64,000 bases of DNA from a virus. Its lineage: Duplodnaviria > Caudoviricetes. Made by a program: the position numbers and the translations under genes. The notes below the pieces were generated by a model. The model was not told the DNA's origin, made no database searches, and saw only the letters and a program-made list of their open reading frames with translations. Location of the stretch: IMG/VR virus record IMGVR_UViG_3300028833_000061, positions 64,001 through 128,000 of that record. One strand, 5' to 3'. Below are positions 18,953 through 28,329 of the stretch, in pieces. The stretch's first letter is position 1. The number at the start of each line of letters is the position of its first letter.

Positions 18953-19499
18953 GCTTTCTTATTATCGTTATGTCGCTGCACAGCGTGCAGTACTCGATGT
19001 CTCCGAAAGATTTGCAGTTCTTGTTCCAGAACCACTCGAACTCAACCTCGTCGCCAGGCTCGATGTCTTGATTTATATACTTTCGCGTTATGAACATCTG
19101 CCCGGTCCAGGCGCGTATCCACTGGCGCTTCGTTCCATATCTGGTACGAATGTTGCACGACGTTATCGTACCGCGAAACTTTCTTCTATCTATAACCGGA
19201 GTATCCGGGGCCTTTGGAGGCTCGTACTCCTTAAGGCCTTCTGGACCTCCTACGACTACGCACCCGAGAATGATTCTTTCGTGGTTTCCGCTTACCGTGT
19301 ACGCGCTTACGGTCTGCCCTTTCTTTATGTCCCTGTTTATACTGAGACATGTCGATATTAGATCGGACAGACCCTTAAGCTTGATCGACTGCTTCGCCTT
19401 CCCGGCCACAGTACCGTACACCTCGCTCCACTCCACTACGCCCGTTGTTACAACGACGTCCTTGGAGTGGAACGAGCCTACGACGTCGCCAGCCTTCAT
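18939..19499 (-). CDS. Hypothetical protein
   Basis: 186 aa ORF with overlapping neighbours. Confidence 0.7.
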   Translation of the reverse strand: MKAGDVVGSFHSKDVVVTTGVVEWSEVYGTVAGKAKQSIKLKGLSDLISTCLSINRDIKKGQTVSAYTVSGNHERIILGCVVVGGPEGLKEYEPPKAPDTPVIDRRKFRGTITSCNIRTRYGTKRQWIRAWTGQMFITRKYINQDIEPGDEVEFEWFWNKNCKSFGDIEYCTLCSDITIIRKHENN

Positions 19500-20389
19500 C
19501 GCAGCGACCTGTACATTGCCGTGACGGAGACCGGTTTGGTCGGATCATAGAACGTGAGAACGTCCGTAAGCGAATTGCGTGCATAGGCATGCGCCACGGC
19601 ATCGACGTACATCGACGCAGAAGTCATGGTACCGTCCACTCCATCGTCGCCCATATACATTGACAGCCATGCCTGCGGCTCCATCATGTCCTTGACGCCG
19701 AGCTGGTTGAGGGCCAGATTGTCGAAAGACAGGACCTTGCATGGCAACTTACCTGTGACGATGTGCCTGACGACTTCCTTGAGCGTGGACATGTCCGGGA
19801 TCTCGTCCTTCTTTGCACGGCCCATGTTCTTGTAGCCAAGCAGCAGGATCTTCGCTCCGCTCGTCGCATACTCCACGACAGCCTTCGGAGGAACGATTCC
19901 TGCGATCAGGTGAAGAACCGTGTTGTCCGTCATCTTTTCGACGATCTCCGCATCGAAGTGATCGATCGACACTCCGATTCCGAACAGCTTCTTGTCGTTG
20001 ACGTACTTCATCAGGCGATCGTGGTACTTCAGGAAGTGCGTCCAGTGGACCGTTATGTTGGCCAGCAGTTCGTTGTCCGAGCACAGGTCCAGGATGCGAT
20101 CGAGGTCTGGATGCTCGATCGGAGATCCTCCGCCAAGCGCGACCTCGGTCCACGGCATCATCGTATCCACGACTGCACGCACGTCCTCATAGCTTGCGTG
20201 CTTTCCTGCAGGAGTGCAATTGCGATAGCAGAACGGACAGCCGACGCCGCACGCGTCGGTGATGTTCAGATCGATCGACTCAGGGAAGTCGGCAATGAAA
20301 ACAGGCTCTTCCCCGGAATCGCGGATCTTCGTTCCGTCAGTATCGTCTATGGAAACCTTGTAGTTTCCGTTCTGATACTCGTGCGTCAT
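19496..20389 (-). CDS. Radical SAM protein
   Basis: ITDACGVGCPFCY (CxxxCxxC), EVALGGGSP, ANIT, GIGVS, SFDNLA. Confidence 0.9.
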   Translation of the reverse strand: MTHEYQNGNYKVSIDDTDGTKIRDSGEEPVFIADFPESIDLNITDACGVGCPFCYRNCTPAGKHASYEDVRAVVDTMMPWTEVALGGGSPIEHPDLDRILDLCSDNELLANITVHWTHFLKYHDRLMKYVNDKKLFGIGVSIDHFDAEIVEKMTDNTVLHLIAGIVPPKAVVEYATSGAKILLLGYKNMGRAKKDEIPDMSTLKEVVRHIVTGKLPCKVLSFDNLALNQLGVKDMMEPQAWLSMYMGDDGVDGTMTSASMYVDAVAHAYARNSLTDVLTFYDPTKPVSVTAMYRSLR

Positions 20390-20787
20390 AGCTTTTCAAG
20401 CTCCTTGACGCGATGAACCAGCATGGCGGTCTTGCGCTCGGCGGCGATGACGGTCTGCTCGTCGAACGGAAGCTTTCCGCTTCCGCTGCCGTACCATTTG
20501 ACCACCTCCCAGTTGGCACCGACGATATAGGTTCCGTTGTCGCCATTGTCGGTGTCGAGGTGCTTCAGGTCACCGACTCCGATTCCGCTGTCCTTGGCAA
20601 GTCCGAGGTCGAACGCAATAAGTCCGCACAGTCTTGCCACCGCGTATTCTGGATCGTCTTCCGGGTCGCGATAGCCAAGCGCCTTTGCGGCCCCAATATA
20701 GCCAAGCACCGTGGCTGGATCTCCGTTCCAGTGGACGTAGATACCGGTATCGCAGTCATTCAATCCGATTACTGCTCTGTCTCCCAT
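20386..20787 (-). CDS. Conserved phage hypothetical protein
   Basis: MGDRAVI..IYVHWNG..DNGTY pattern. Confidence 0.75.
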   Translation of the reverse strand: MGDRAVIGLNDCDTGIYVHWNGDPATVLGYIGAAKALGYRDPEDDPEYAVARLCGLIAFDLGLAKDSGIGVGDLKHLDTDNGDNGTYIVGANWEVVKWYGSGSGKLPFDEQTVIAAERKTAMLVHRVKELEKL

Positions 20788-21416
20788 TATTCGTAGCTCC
20801 AGTCCTTCTCAGCATGGATCATGAATTCGATCTGCGTGTTGAAGATTAGGGTTATCATTTCATCGACGGACGCGTTCATAATCTCGAAATACTCGGTCCT
20901 GGCCTCCGGTCCGACGTACACCAGATTGCTCTGGCGTATAATCTTGCGGATTTCAGGCTCGTCGTGTCCGTCATGCCACTTTGGATTCCAAATCTGGTTT
21001 CCGTTGGAGTCGGCCTTGCCCATGGCGCAAGCCGGAAACTGCGCGCGCCCGAGGACTACTCTCCTGAGCGGCACGTCCTTTCCATCCTTGTGCGCGATAG
21101 CAAGCGACTCGTTGATCTTGTCGAACAGCGTCTTGAAGTCGACGAACTGCATAAGCTCGGCAGGAGTAGCATGGAACAGATGCTCATAGTTGCTGTATCC
21201 GAACAGGCTTGTCTTGCAGTCGTTCGCATACAGCGCCAACGCCGTCTTGATCTTGTCAGGCAGCGATATCGCCCATCCGTCATCCATGTCCAGCGACAGG
21301 TCTCCGATCCAGAAGTCTTTGGCCTTGGACCTGCGAAGCTGCTCGTAGATGCAGGCGGGATTGCTCTTCTTGCTGCGCTTTCTGAAAATCTCGAGAATGT
21401 ATCTCTCCTCGTCCAT
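20787..21416 (-). CDS. Hypothetical protein
   Basis: Likely start MDEERY (21416), coupled to the upstream TGA, GGAGG nearby. Confidence 0.7.
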   Translation of the reverse strand: MDEERYILEIFRKRSKKSNPACIYEQLRRSKAKDFWIGDLSLDMDDGWAISLPDKIKTALALYANDCKTSLFGYSNYEHLFHATPAELMQFVDFKTLFDKINESLAIAHKDGKDVPLRRVVLGRAQFPACAMGKADSNGNQIWNPKWHDGHDEPEIRKIIRQSNLVYVGPEARTEYFEIMNASVDEMITLIFNTQIEFMIHAEKDWSYE

Positions 21417-22123
21417 CAGCCGTTCCTCCAGTATGAGATTCCAAGTGTCTTGCGGATGACGATGTCTATAGGACGCCAGCCGCCGAAGCACGACGTGAGG
21501 CTCTTGTGCTCGTCCCAGGCATCCCTTGCCCAGTCACACACTTCGTGATCAAGGTCGGACACGACAAGCTTGCCTTTGTCGATCCGCTCGTACAGAATAA
21601 CCCTCTTTGCACTAGGATCCTCTATGATTTTTCCGTCGTCGTTCTTTACAGTGATGCACTTGAGCATGATATTGTCGTTGTCATAACTAGATCCAAGAAG
21701 ATCCTCCACCTCCCATAGGTCGGAACGTTCTCCGAACACGATATCCTTGAGGTTGAAGCCGAGCTTCTTGAACTCCTTCGTGAGGTCATTCACGAAATCC
21801 TTGTACGCCTTGTGCTTCTTCATCTTCTCGACGTCGATCAGATAGTCTCCTGTATAACGGTTCGTGAGCCCCTGGCCTATGATGCCGAATATGTACCGGA
21901 GCTTTGCGTCGAGCGAATACTTCGTCGTACGCATCTTTCCGCCTAGCTTTCTGATTCGCAGATACCAGTCGTCCCCCTGCTTGTCCATTACAACGGAATC
22001 CCAGTCATCAAGGTCCAGGACATCCGCCCTGTCGATCTTCTTGTATGTCTCCGCGAGATTCCAGGCGATCGCGTGGGTCGAGCTGGAATTCGTCTCGAAG
22101 ACGCCTCTTCTAACCGTTCTCAT
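21416..22123 (-). CDS. FETNSSS-motif protein 5
   Basis: RRGVFETNSSSTHA; LDAKLRYI; LDHE. Confidence 0.85.
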   Translation of the reverse strand: MRTVRRGVFETNSSSTHAIAWNLAETYKKIDRADVLDLDDWDSVVMDKQGDDWYLRIRKLGGKMRTTKYSLDAKLRYIFGIIGQGLTNRYTGDYLIDVEKMKKHKAYKDFVNDLTKEFKKLGFNLKDIVFGERSDLWEVEDLLGSSYDNDNIMLKCITVKNDDGKIIEDPSAKRVILYERIDKGKLVVSDLDHEVCDWARDAWDEHKSLTSCFGGWRPIDIVIRKTLGISYWRNG

Positions 22124-22514
22124 TTTCGTAGTCGTAGATTGCGTGTTGCGTTATCCCTGATTTCTCCATCAAGTGGATGATCTCTTCCCTTGTCTTGTTG
22201 CTGATAACATACGAGACGTTGTTCTCCAGAGAGATCTCATAGAATCTTTTTATAACCCCTCTCCACTCCCACCACTGCTCTTCGCCAGCATCGCCTCTGT
22301 AATCAAGCTTTCTGCGTAGGACTTTGATTTTGTCCTTCTGCATCTGCTCGTTAAGCCAGCCACATTCCTCGATACGGGCGATCAGAGACAATTTCACTCC
22401 GATCCAGTTTGGATGCATCTCGTTAATGCCGCCGGCATTCGTGGTCCGTGTATAGTGGTCGAACCACACGAGGTATTCCTGTAAGCCGTTAGAAGCTGGA
22501 GCACGCGCGATCAT
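22110..22514 (-). CDS. Hypothetical protein
   Basis: 134 aa ORF filling the gap. Confidence 0.6.
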   Translation of the reverse strand: MIARAPASNGLQEYLVWFDHYTRTTNAGGINEMHPNWIGVKLSLIARIEECGWLNEQMQKDKIKVLRRKLDYRGDAGEEQWWEWRGVIKRFYEISLENNVSYVISNKTREEIIHLMEKSGITQHAIYDYENENG

Positions 22515-22755
22515 AGCAGTCGTCGCAAAGACCTGTCTGGATCATCTCGCGCTCGGTTGGCGTGAACTGATCCACTGGCAGGATTTCCTGGATCAACTTG
22601 TGGTTCTTACCGCTGCAGTAGTCTCTGATAGCATTAGCCTGGTCTGTCGAACAGACAAGCATCTGCTTCTTTCCACACATTGGGCACGCTCTGTGCACCT
22701 CGGCCGTCGCCATGTTTGGGTGCATTATCATTCTGTCAAAACTAGCCATTTCCAT
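22489..22755 (-). CDS. Small zinc-finger protein
   Basis: CPMC...LIQE..ERE..TGLCDDC. Confidence 0.7.
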   Translation of the reverse strand: MEMASFDRMIMHPNMATAEVHRACPMCGKKQMLVCSTDQANAIRDYCSGKNHKLIQEILPVDQFTPTEREMIQTGLCDDCYDRACSSF

Positions 22756-23749
22756 CCTTCAGCTCTACCAGGCAATTGAACGAGCTCAACGTGAGACCGC
22801 TGTTTGCCAGGTACTTGTTTGAATTTACTGTGTCCTCTATCTGCCTCCATATTTCAGGCCTTGGACATTCTCCGGCGTCCTTGTATCCCTTCAGGGACAC
22901 TGGAACTACCAGCGTAGTAGTGGGAAATCTTGCGGCTAGCTTTGTCTGTTCGTCAGCCGCGTCAGGGTCCAACAGGAGAATGACAAGACGCCACCTGGAC
23001 AGCATCGATATCTGGCCGTCGCTGACGTTCTTTCCGAAAGTAGCCACTCCGCACAGCCCAACGGCCATGGCATCGAAGGCACCCTCGGTAACGACAACGA
23101 CGTCAGAATGCACCGCCCAGTCCTTGTTGAACAGCAGTTTTCCCTTTTCAACACCCGGAGACGTGAAATACTTCGGAGGTCTCCTGTACTTGCCACTTGG
23201 CTTCTTCTCGAATCCGAAGGCCGCGCATTCATCATCGCTCAGCTTGTCGGGATTGTACAGCAGCCTGGATTGCCATCCTACCACCTTTCCTTCGTCGTAC
23301 AATGGAAGTACTATGGTGTTGGACGTGTTGAACAATCCTCCTGCATACGGCTTTCCTTCCCGGCAATAGCATACTCCGAACATGCGCTCCAGCTCTCCCG
23401 GATCGAACCCGCGTTGCTTCAGGTACAGGATCGCCTGGTGACCTGAAGGCAGCGCGTGCAGCGGTATCAGTTCGCCAGGATCCGTCTGGACTATCGGTTT
23501 CTTCTCTTCCTTCTCAACAGGCCTGAATACCATATTCCTGGCCTCACGAATAAGGTTGCCTATGCGGCCTCCCTCACCACAGTGCCAGCAATGCCAGATA
23601 CCCATGTTGGCATTTACCGACATCTTGTACTCGTGCCCGCATTTCGGGCACGTCGTCAACAGTTCCAGACCGTTTCTACCGCTGCTTTTCCTGACAGGTC
23701 CGAACTTGTCCTCAAGAAGCTGCTGGAGCCTCTGGCTTGACTGGGACAT
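22742..23749 (-). CDS. DNA primase (zinc finger + TOPRIM)
   Basis: CPKC..WHCWHC, YLKQRG, GWQSR, PKYF, VTEGAFDA, LDPD, KDAGE. Confidence 0.85.
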   Translation of the reverse strand: MSQSSQRLQQLLEDKFGPVRKSSGRNGLELLTTCPKCGHEYKMSVNANMGIWHCWHCGEGGRIGNLIREARNMVFRPVEKEEKKPIVQTDPGELIPLHALPSGHQAILYLKQRGFDPGELERMFGVCYCREGKPYAGGLFNTSNTIVLPLYDEGKVVGWQSRLLYNPDKLSDDECAAFGFEKKPSGKYRRPPKYFTSPGVEKGKLLFNKDWAVHSDVVVVTEGAFDAMAVGLCGVATFGKNVSDGQISMLSRWRLVILLLDPDAADEQTKLAARFPTTTLVVPVSLKGYKDAGECPRPEIWRQIEDTVNSNKYLANSGLTLSSFNCLVELKDGNG

Positions 23750-25259
23750 TCGTTTCCTCTCCGGTCATCATCTGGTAGAACTTCTCAATTCCTTCGTCGT
23801 CTAGCAGCTTCATCGCGTCCAGCATGTCGTCGCGCTTGTCCCACATGCGCAAGGACGGCCCTTGGTAGAACGTCCTGTATGTGTTGATGGCTTCGGCGTC
23901 TCGGCACTTCAGGAACGACACGTTCATGAATCTGCTCAGCTCCGGCATCTCAGAGGCCTTCTTGCCGGTGTTGCTCATATATTTTATCTTTCCGGCGTCC
24001 TTAAGGGCAAGAGCGATGCAGATGTCGCAATAATCGATCACGTGCGAAGAATGCGCTATATCCTTGCGGACGAGCACGTTCTTCTCCTCGGACCCTTGCT
24101 TTACCTGGCAGGCGGTCCATATGATCGTCCGGGTCCTTCTGGCGATAGCGGACAACTCCCTGGATATCTTCTTGAGCAGTCCTGCCTCGTTGTCGGTCCT
24201 CTGGGCGTTTCTAACGCTATGAAAGTCGTTCGTGATCGATTCGATCCAGTCCACATATACGAACGAACAGCGATCCTCTGGTATTCCCTGCTTCATCTTG
24301 CTTTCCTTCCAATACGATATGGATGATTCGATAACGTCCAGGGTAGGCTCGATGTGCTGCATCTTCTGATACTTGCTCGCGCCAGAGAAGTCGAGAATGC
24401 TGATATTATTCCACAGTGGACACTTCTTGGCGCACCACCTGTAGTTTTCAAGCATCTTCTTGGGCCACAGGTCGAGATTTCTCTTCTTGAGATTGCGCGC
24501 GTCGATGAACGACATCATCGCATTCAGTCGAGAAACGACCATGGACTCAGGATTCTCCAGTGTCATAGTAAGGCTGTGGCGACCCATAAGGGCGTTGTTC
24601 ATGGCGAAATTCAGCATGCCTATGGACTTTCCGACGCCAGACGGCGCCACAAGGATCCCATACTGTCCTATGTCCATGCCGCCGCCAAGCGGTATGTCTA
24701 TGCTCTGAAGTCCGGTGCCGTACAGATACTCCGACTCCCCGAACACCTCAGAGAATTCCGTAGGATCCGTAAACTGGAATCCATCGGCGTTCATGGACGC
24801 CACGTCGGCCTGGATCTGGTTTATCTCCTCGGCATAGCTGTCAGCATCTAGACCCTTGGCGTCAGCTGCCATGAATCTGACGGTCTTTACGAACCGGTTC
24901 AGCTTCTTCGGGTCTCTGAAATAATTCGAATTTGCCGTAGACGGATTCTGAAGCGCATTGCATGCTCCGCACAGGACGTCCGCGAAATCGGAGTAGTCCT
25001 GTTCAGCTACGCTGTTCCTATAGGTATCCGTCGTTCCATTTACAGCCCCGATCGCCTCCATCTGCAGGATCTCGGGGGTTATCATCTGGTTGAACTTCTT
25101 GTAGTGCTTGTCGGCAACCTCGAATATCAGCCTGAGCGCATCAGTGCCGAAATCAGTTGATCTCAGCTTTCCCGATACGTCCTTGAAGAACTCCTTGTCC
25201 GCAAGAAGCGCATATAGAAGGTTTGTCTGGAACCTTCTGTCGAACTCTACGTTCAGCAT
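23712..25259 (-). CDS. DnaB-like replicative helicase
   Basis: APSGVGKS, TLE, VYVDW, IWTACQ, KCR motifs; adjacent to the primase. Confidence 0.87.
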   Translation of the reverse strand: MLNVEFDRRFQTNLLYALLADKEFFKDVSGKLRSTDFGTDALRLIFEVADKHYKKFNQMITPEILQMEAIGAVNGTTDTYRNSVAEQDYSDFADVLCGACNALQNPSTANSNYFRDPKKLNRFVKTVRFMAADAKGLDADSYAEEINQIQADVASMNADGFQFTDPTEFSEVFGESEYLYGTGLQSIDIPLGGGMDIGQYGILVAPSGVGKSIGMLNFAMNNALMGRHSLTMTLENPESMVVSRLNAMMSFIDARNLKKRNLDLWPKKMLENYRWCAKKCPLWNNISILDFSGASKYQKMQHIEPTLDVIESSISYWKESKMKQGIPEDRCSFVYVDWIESITNDFHSVRNAQRTDNEAGLLKKISRELSAIARRTRTIIWTACQVKQGSEEKNVLVRKDIAHSSHVIDYCDICIALALKDAGKIKYMSNTGKKASEMPELSRFMNVSFLKCRDAEAINTYRTFYQGPSLRMWDKRDDMLDAMKLLDDEGIEKFYQMMTGEETNVPVKPEAPAAS

Positions 25260-25969
25260 CGGCTAGGTTGGTGGTTATCGGTCGGTTGGTCTCCCCAGAT
25301 GGAGAGTAGGGTTTCAACCGTCCGGCTGTTCTTGACCCTAGCAAATTCTAGTACCTCTTGTCCAGCAAACAATTCTGCCCTTGCTCGCTCTCCATAGCGC
25401 TCAAGCAAGTCACGGTCCAACTCCTCTGGATACACGACCCTGAACCACGCAGGCAACGAAATCATTGGATTTGCAAGTACTTGCTTCTCCGTTCTTCCGT
25501 TCAATACAAGCTCTGTAACGATCCTTTCGGACGCGTTCCACGCATCCTCTGGGTCTATTGCAGAACGCTGTTTTTCCTTGGCGTAGTGCGCTATCGCGCT
25601 GGACGTAGTCAGATTGCCTGGCAGCACGATGCCCCCGTTGGAAGCTATGGACCTGAATACCGTACTTACATAGTCTCCAGGATCCCAGCCGTGTTCATCG
25701 CAAATCTTACCGATTGCAAGAAAGCTCTTCCAGTTCCGGTGTTCCTCATACATCTTTCCGATGCCGGACCTGGACATGTTGTGTTGCTCGAAATAAAACG
25801 AGTCGAATGCCTTTCTGGCGGCAAGGTCTATGCGGAGCAGTTTGTCCTGTATCGCCAGGTCGGTCAGAGGAGGCGTTCCAACGGAGTCGTCGGGCGCGCC
25901 TTCCATGTTGCAGTCGTCTTTACCAATTCCTTGTCCAGGAACGGCAATTCCGTCAATTGCTGCACCCAT
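25253..25969 (-). CDS. Hypothetical protein (start uncertain)
   Basis: ORF between the two helicases; 5' end overlaps the SF2 helicase. Confidence 0.7.
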   Translation of the reverse strand: MGAAIDGIAVPGQGIGKDDCNMEGAPDDSVGTPPLTDLAIQDKLLRIDLAARKAFDSFYFEQHNMSRSGIGKMYEEHRNWKSFLAIGKICDEHGWDPGDYVSTVFRSIASNGGIVLPGNLTTSSAIAHYAKEKQRSAIDPEDAWNASERIVTELVLNGRTEKQVLANPMISLPAWFRVVYPEELDRDLLERYGERARAELFAGQEVLEFARVKNSRTVETLLSIWGDQPTDNHQPSRC

Positions 25970-27441
25970 TGTTGTACGAATCCGAGTTCCTTGTACGACC
26001 TCTTTCTAGCTTGCGCCGCTCTTAGATTAGGTCCTGGCTTGCTTCTTGGATCGTTCATGTCCTGAACGTCCCAGGCAGGCCAAAACTCAACTAGATATGC
26101 GACGTCCTTACCATCTGTTCTTCTGGAAGCTCTGCCGGACACCTGCTTGGTCAGGATGTCTGACGAGGCTCCGTACGAGTTGATCACTACGTCAAGTCCA
26201 GGAAAATCTACACCGGTCGACCAGGCTCCAGAGGCTATGATCTTCATGATCTTGCGATCCCTGAAGTCGTTATAAGCCTGCTTGCGCTGTGCTGCCGACA
26301 CCGGCCCGACAGTAGGATATGTCACTTGGTACGACTCTCCGTTCCTGCCGGTTCTCCTGAACGACGTATCCGCGTGCATGTATTTGACGTCCTCGTCACA
26401 GAGCTGATGTATGTTGGATATCTGCTCGATGTGCTGGGCCATGCACAATGTCTGGATGTCCTTCTTCTGAGATCTCAGAATGTCCGATATCATCTGGCTC
26501 AGATTTGTGTTTTCCTCCAGTGCGTACTCGACCTTCTTCTCGCGCAGCTTGTAGCGCATGTATCTGTCGAGCCCGATCGACGGCTCCGGCAGTGGAAGCC
26601 AGTAGACCTCTATTGGAACCAAGGCCCCTGCCCTGACCATGTCGGCATATGTCCTTCTTACAACAACAGGCCCTAGCAGACCTTCCGAGACGATGTCTCT
26701 TCCGTCTGATCGGCCCTCTGGAGTTGCAGAAACGCCATAACGCATAGCCTTCATGAACTTTGACAAAGCCTCGGCTCTTGAGTCTGCTGCAGACGTGTGC
26801 ATCTCGTCCACGATAAGAAGCCCGACGTCGTCAGGATCCAGCAGGTGCAGACTGTCCAACGTGATGCAGATGATGTCATCGGACCACTTGGACGTGCCGG
26901 ACATTATGCATCCGACATCCCTTCCTGTTATGAATCTTGCAAGCTCTTCGGCATTCTTGCGGTTGATGTCCTTCGACGGACACGCAAAAACGCTCAACGG
27001 AGTTCCTCGCAATTTCCATTGTTCTGGATCGAACGCCTTTATAATAGCCGCCGACATAAACGACTTTCCGCTACCTGTCGCGGATTCGAGTACTCCTCCC
27101 TTGGACGCGAGCATGTTATAGATAATCTCTATCTGGTAGTCTCTTGCGCCTTCTATCGCTTTCGCGTAATCAGGTTCGGGGAACGGAGTTCTGAGGTCCT
27201 TGAACTCGAACTGGAATCCTGCGCTTCTCAGGCCGTCTATGACCCTGTGCGCGAATCCAGGCATCGTCGTGAACACTCTTTCGCCGTTTACTACCAGCTC
27301 GGAGAACAGCTGTTCCTTCTGGAACTGCATCTTGCGAGTACGCACGTTGAACTCGGCCTTGTTGTAGCTGAGCTCCTTTTCAAGGAATCCTGGCGGTCTG
27401 ATTATCTCGAGCAGACCATCCTTCAACGTGACCTCTACCAT
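25864..27441 (-). CDS. Superfamily 2 (UvsW-like) DExH helicase
   Basis: RDYQ, ATGSGKS, VDEMH, SATP, TGVDFP, QVSGRASR. Confidence 0.9.
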   Translation of the reverse strand: MVEVTLKDGLLEIIRPPGFLEKELSYNKAEFNVRTRKMQFQKEQLFSELVVNGERVFTTMPGFAHRVIDGLRSAGFQFEFKDLRTPFPEPDYAKAIEGARDYQIEIIYNMLASKGGVLESATGSGKSFMSAAIIKAFDPEQWKLRGTPLSVFACPSKDINRKNAEELARFITGRDVGCIMSGTSKWSDDIICITLDSLHLLDPDDVGLLIVDEMHTSAADSRAEALSKFMKAMRYGVSATPEGRSDGRDIVSEGLLGPVVVRRTYADMVRAGALVPIEVYWLPLPEPSIGLDRYMRYKLREKKVEYALEENTNLSQMISDILRSQKKDIQTLCMAQHIEQISNIHQLCDEDVKYMHADTSFRRTGRNGESYQVTYPTVGPVSAAQRKQAYNDFRDRKIMKIIASGAWSTGVDFPGLDVVINSYGASSDILTKQVSGRASRRTDGKDVAYLVEFWPAWDVQDMNDPRSKPGPNLRAAQARKRSYKELGFVQQWVQQLTELPFLDKELVKTTATWKARPTTPLERLL

Positions 27442-27677
27442 CGCTTTGATCTATGAATCGATATGATGTCCATCATGGCAATGACCATAGTCAGGCAGGC
27501 ACCAATCAGCATTATTACCATCAGTAGAGCGACCGGGATCCACATCGGACACAGAACCCATACCCAGTCCCAATCCACCACCTTGGCCAGCTTAAGCACG
27601 ATGAATACGACACACAGCATCATCGGAGTGGCCAGAGGCAGTTCAATCTTCATCCTTTGACTCATCTGGCGTTTCAT
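27435..27677 (-). CDS. Small membrane protein
   Basis: FIVLKLAKVVDWDWVWVLCPMW motif, two hydrophobic segments. Confidence 0.75.
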   Translation of the reverse strand: MKRQMSQRMKIELPLATPMMLCVVFIVLKLAKVVDWDWVWVLCPMWIPVALLMVIMLIGACLTMVIAMMDIISIHRSKRW

Positions 27678-28329
27678 CCTTTACTAGATTCAGAAGCTTG
27701 ACGTCGACGTTCTGTATGCCCTGCAGCCTTGTCCATACCAGCTGCTGCCGGTTGAGAGCGTCGTATCCAGCCTCTATCTCGTCGAGAGTTCTTGGTGTGT
27801 AGGACATGTACGGAACCATGCATCCGACATTGTATGCGGCCGGCTTGATCCTGTACAGCGATTCTATCGTCTCCTGCATCTTCAGGCATACCTTGTAGTC
27901 GAACGAGCAGTGGACGTGGCCGTACAGGTGCTTGCTTCCACGGAACATCCCGTTGTGCGATGTCATGTAATAGTGGCTCATCACCACCATCTTGCCCGCG
28001 TCCGAGATCTCCTTGTAGTTCTCCCACCCGACGACCTTGTCCTTGACACGCCTGTCGTTCAATAGCTGGTTGAGATAGTTTTCGCGGTCGTGGTTGCCCT
28101 TGATGAAGAAGATCCGGCCGTTGAGCCGCCGGATCTGGTCAACCCACTTCTCATACTTGTCCCACGAGAAGTCGCCGATATGATAGACGACATCCTCGTC
28201 GGTAACGACCGCGTTCCAGTTCTCGACCAGCTTTTCGTCCATCTCGTCGACCGACTTGAACGGACGATTGTCGTACAGGATTATGTTTGCGTGCCCTAGG
28301 TGCAGGTCGGAAATGTAGAAGTTCCTCAT
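27643..28329 (-). CDS. Calcineurin-like phosphoesterase
   Basis: Start MRNFYISDLHLGH; IGDF, KGNHD, SHY, YGHVH, NVG. Confidence 0.88.
   Translation of the reverse strand: MRNFYISDLHLGHANIILYDNRPFKSVDEMDEKLVENWNAVVTDEDVVYHIGDFSWDKYEKWVDQIRRLNGRIFFIKGNHDRENYLNQLLNDRRVKDKVVGWENYKEISDAGKMVVMSHYYMTSHNGMFRGSKHLYGHVHCSFDYKVCLKMQETIESLYRIKPAAYNVGCMVPYMSYTPRTLDEIEAGYDALNRQQLVWTRLQGIQNVDVKLLNLVKDETPDESKDED

Noticed and set aside
16680-22123. FETNSSS coding segments as a DNA repeat, CRISPR-like array or DGR template
   Set aside because: The copies differ at synonymous positions, spacing is gene-length, and no reverse transcriptase, recombinase or cas gene is present in the window.
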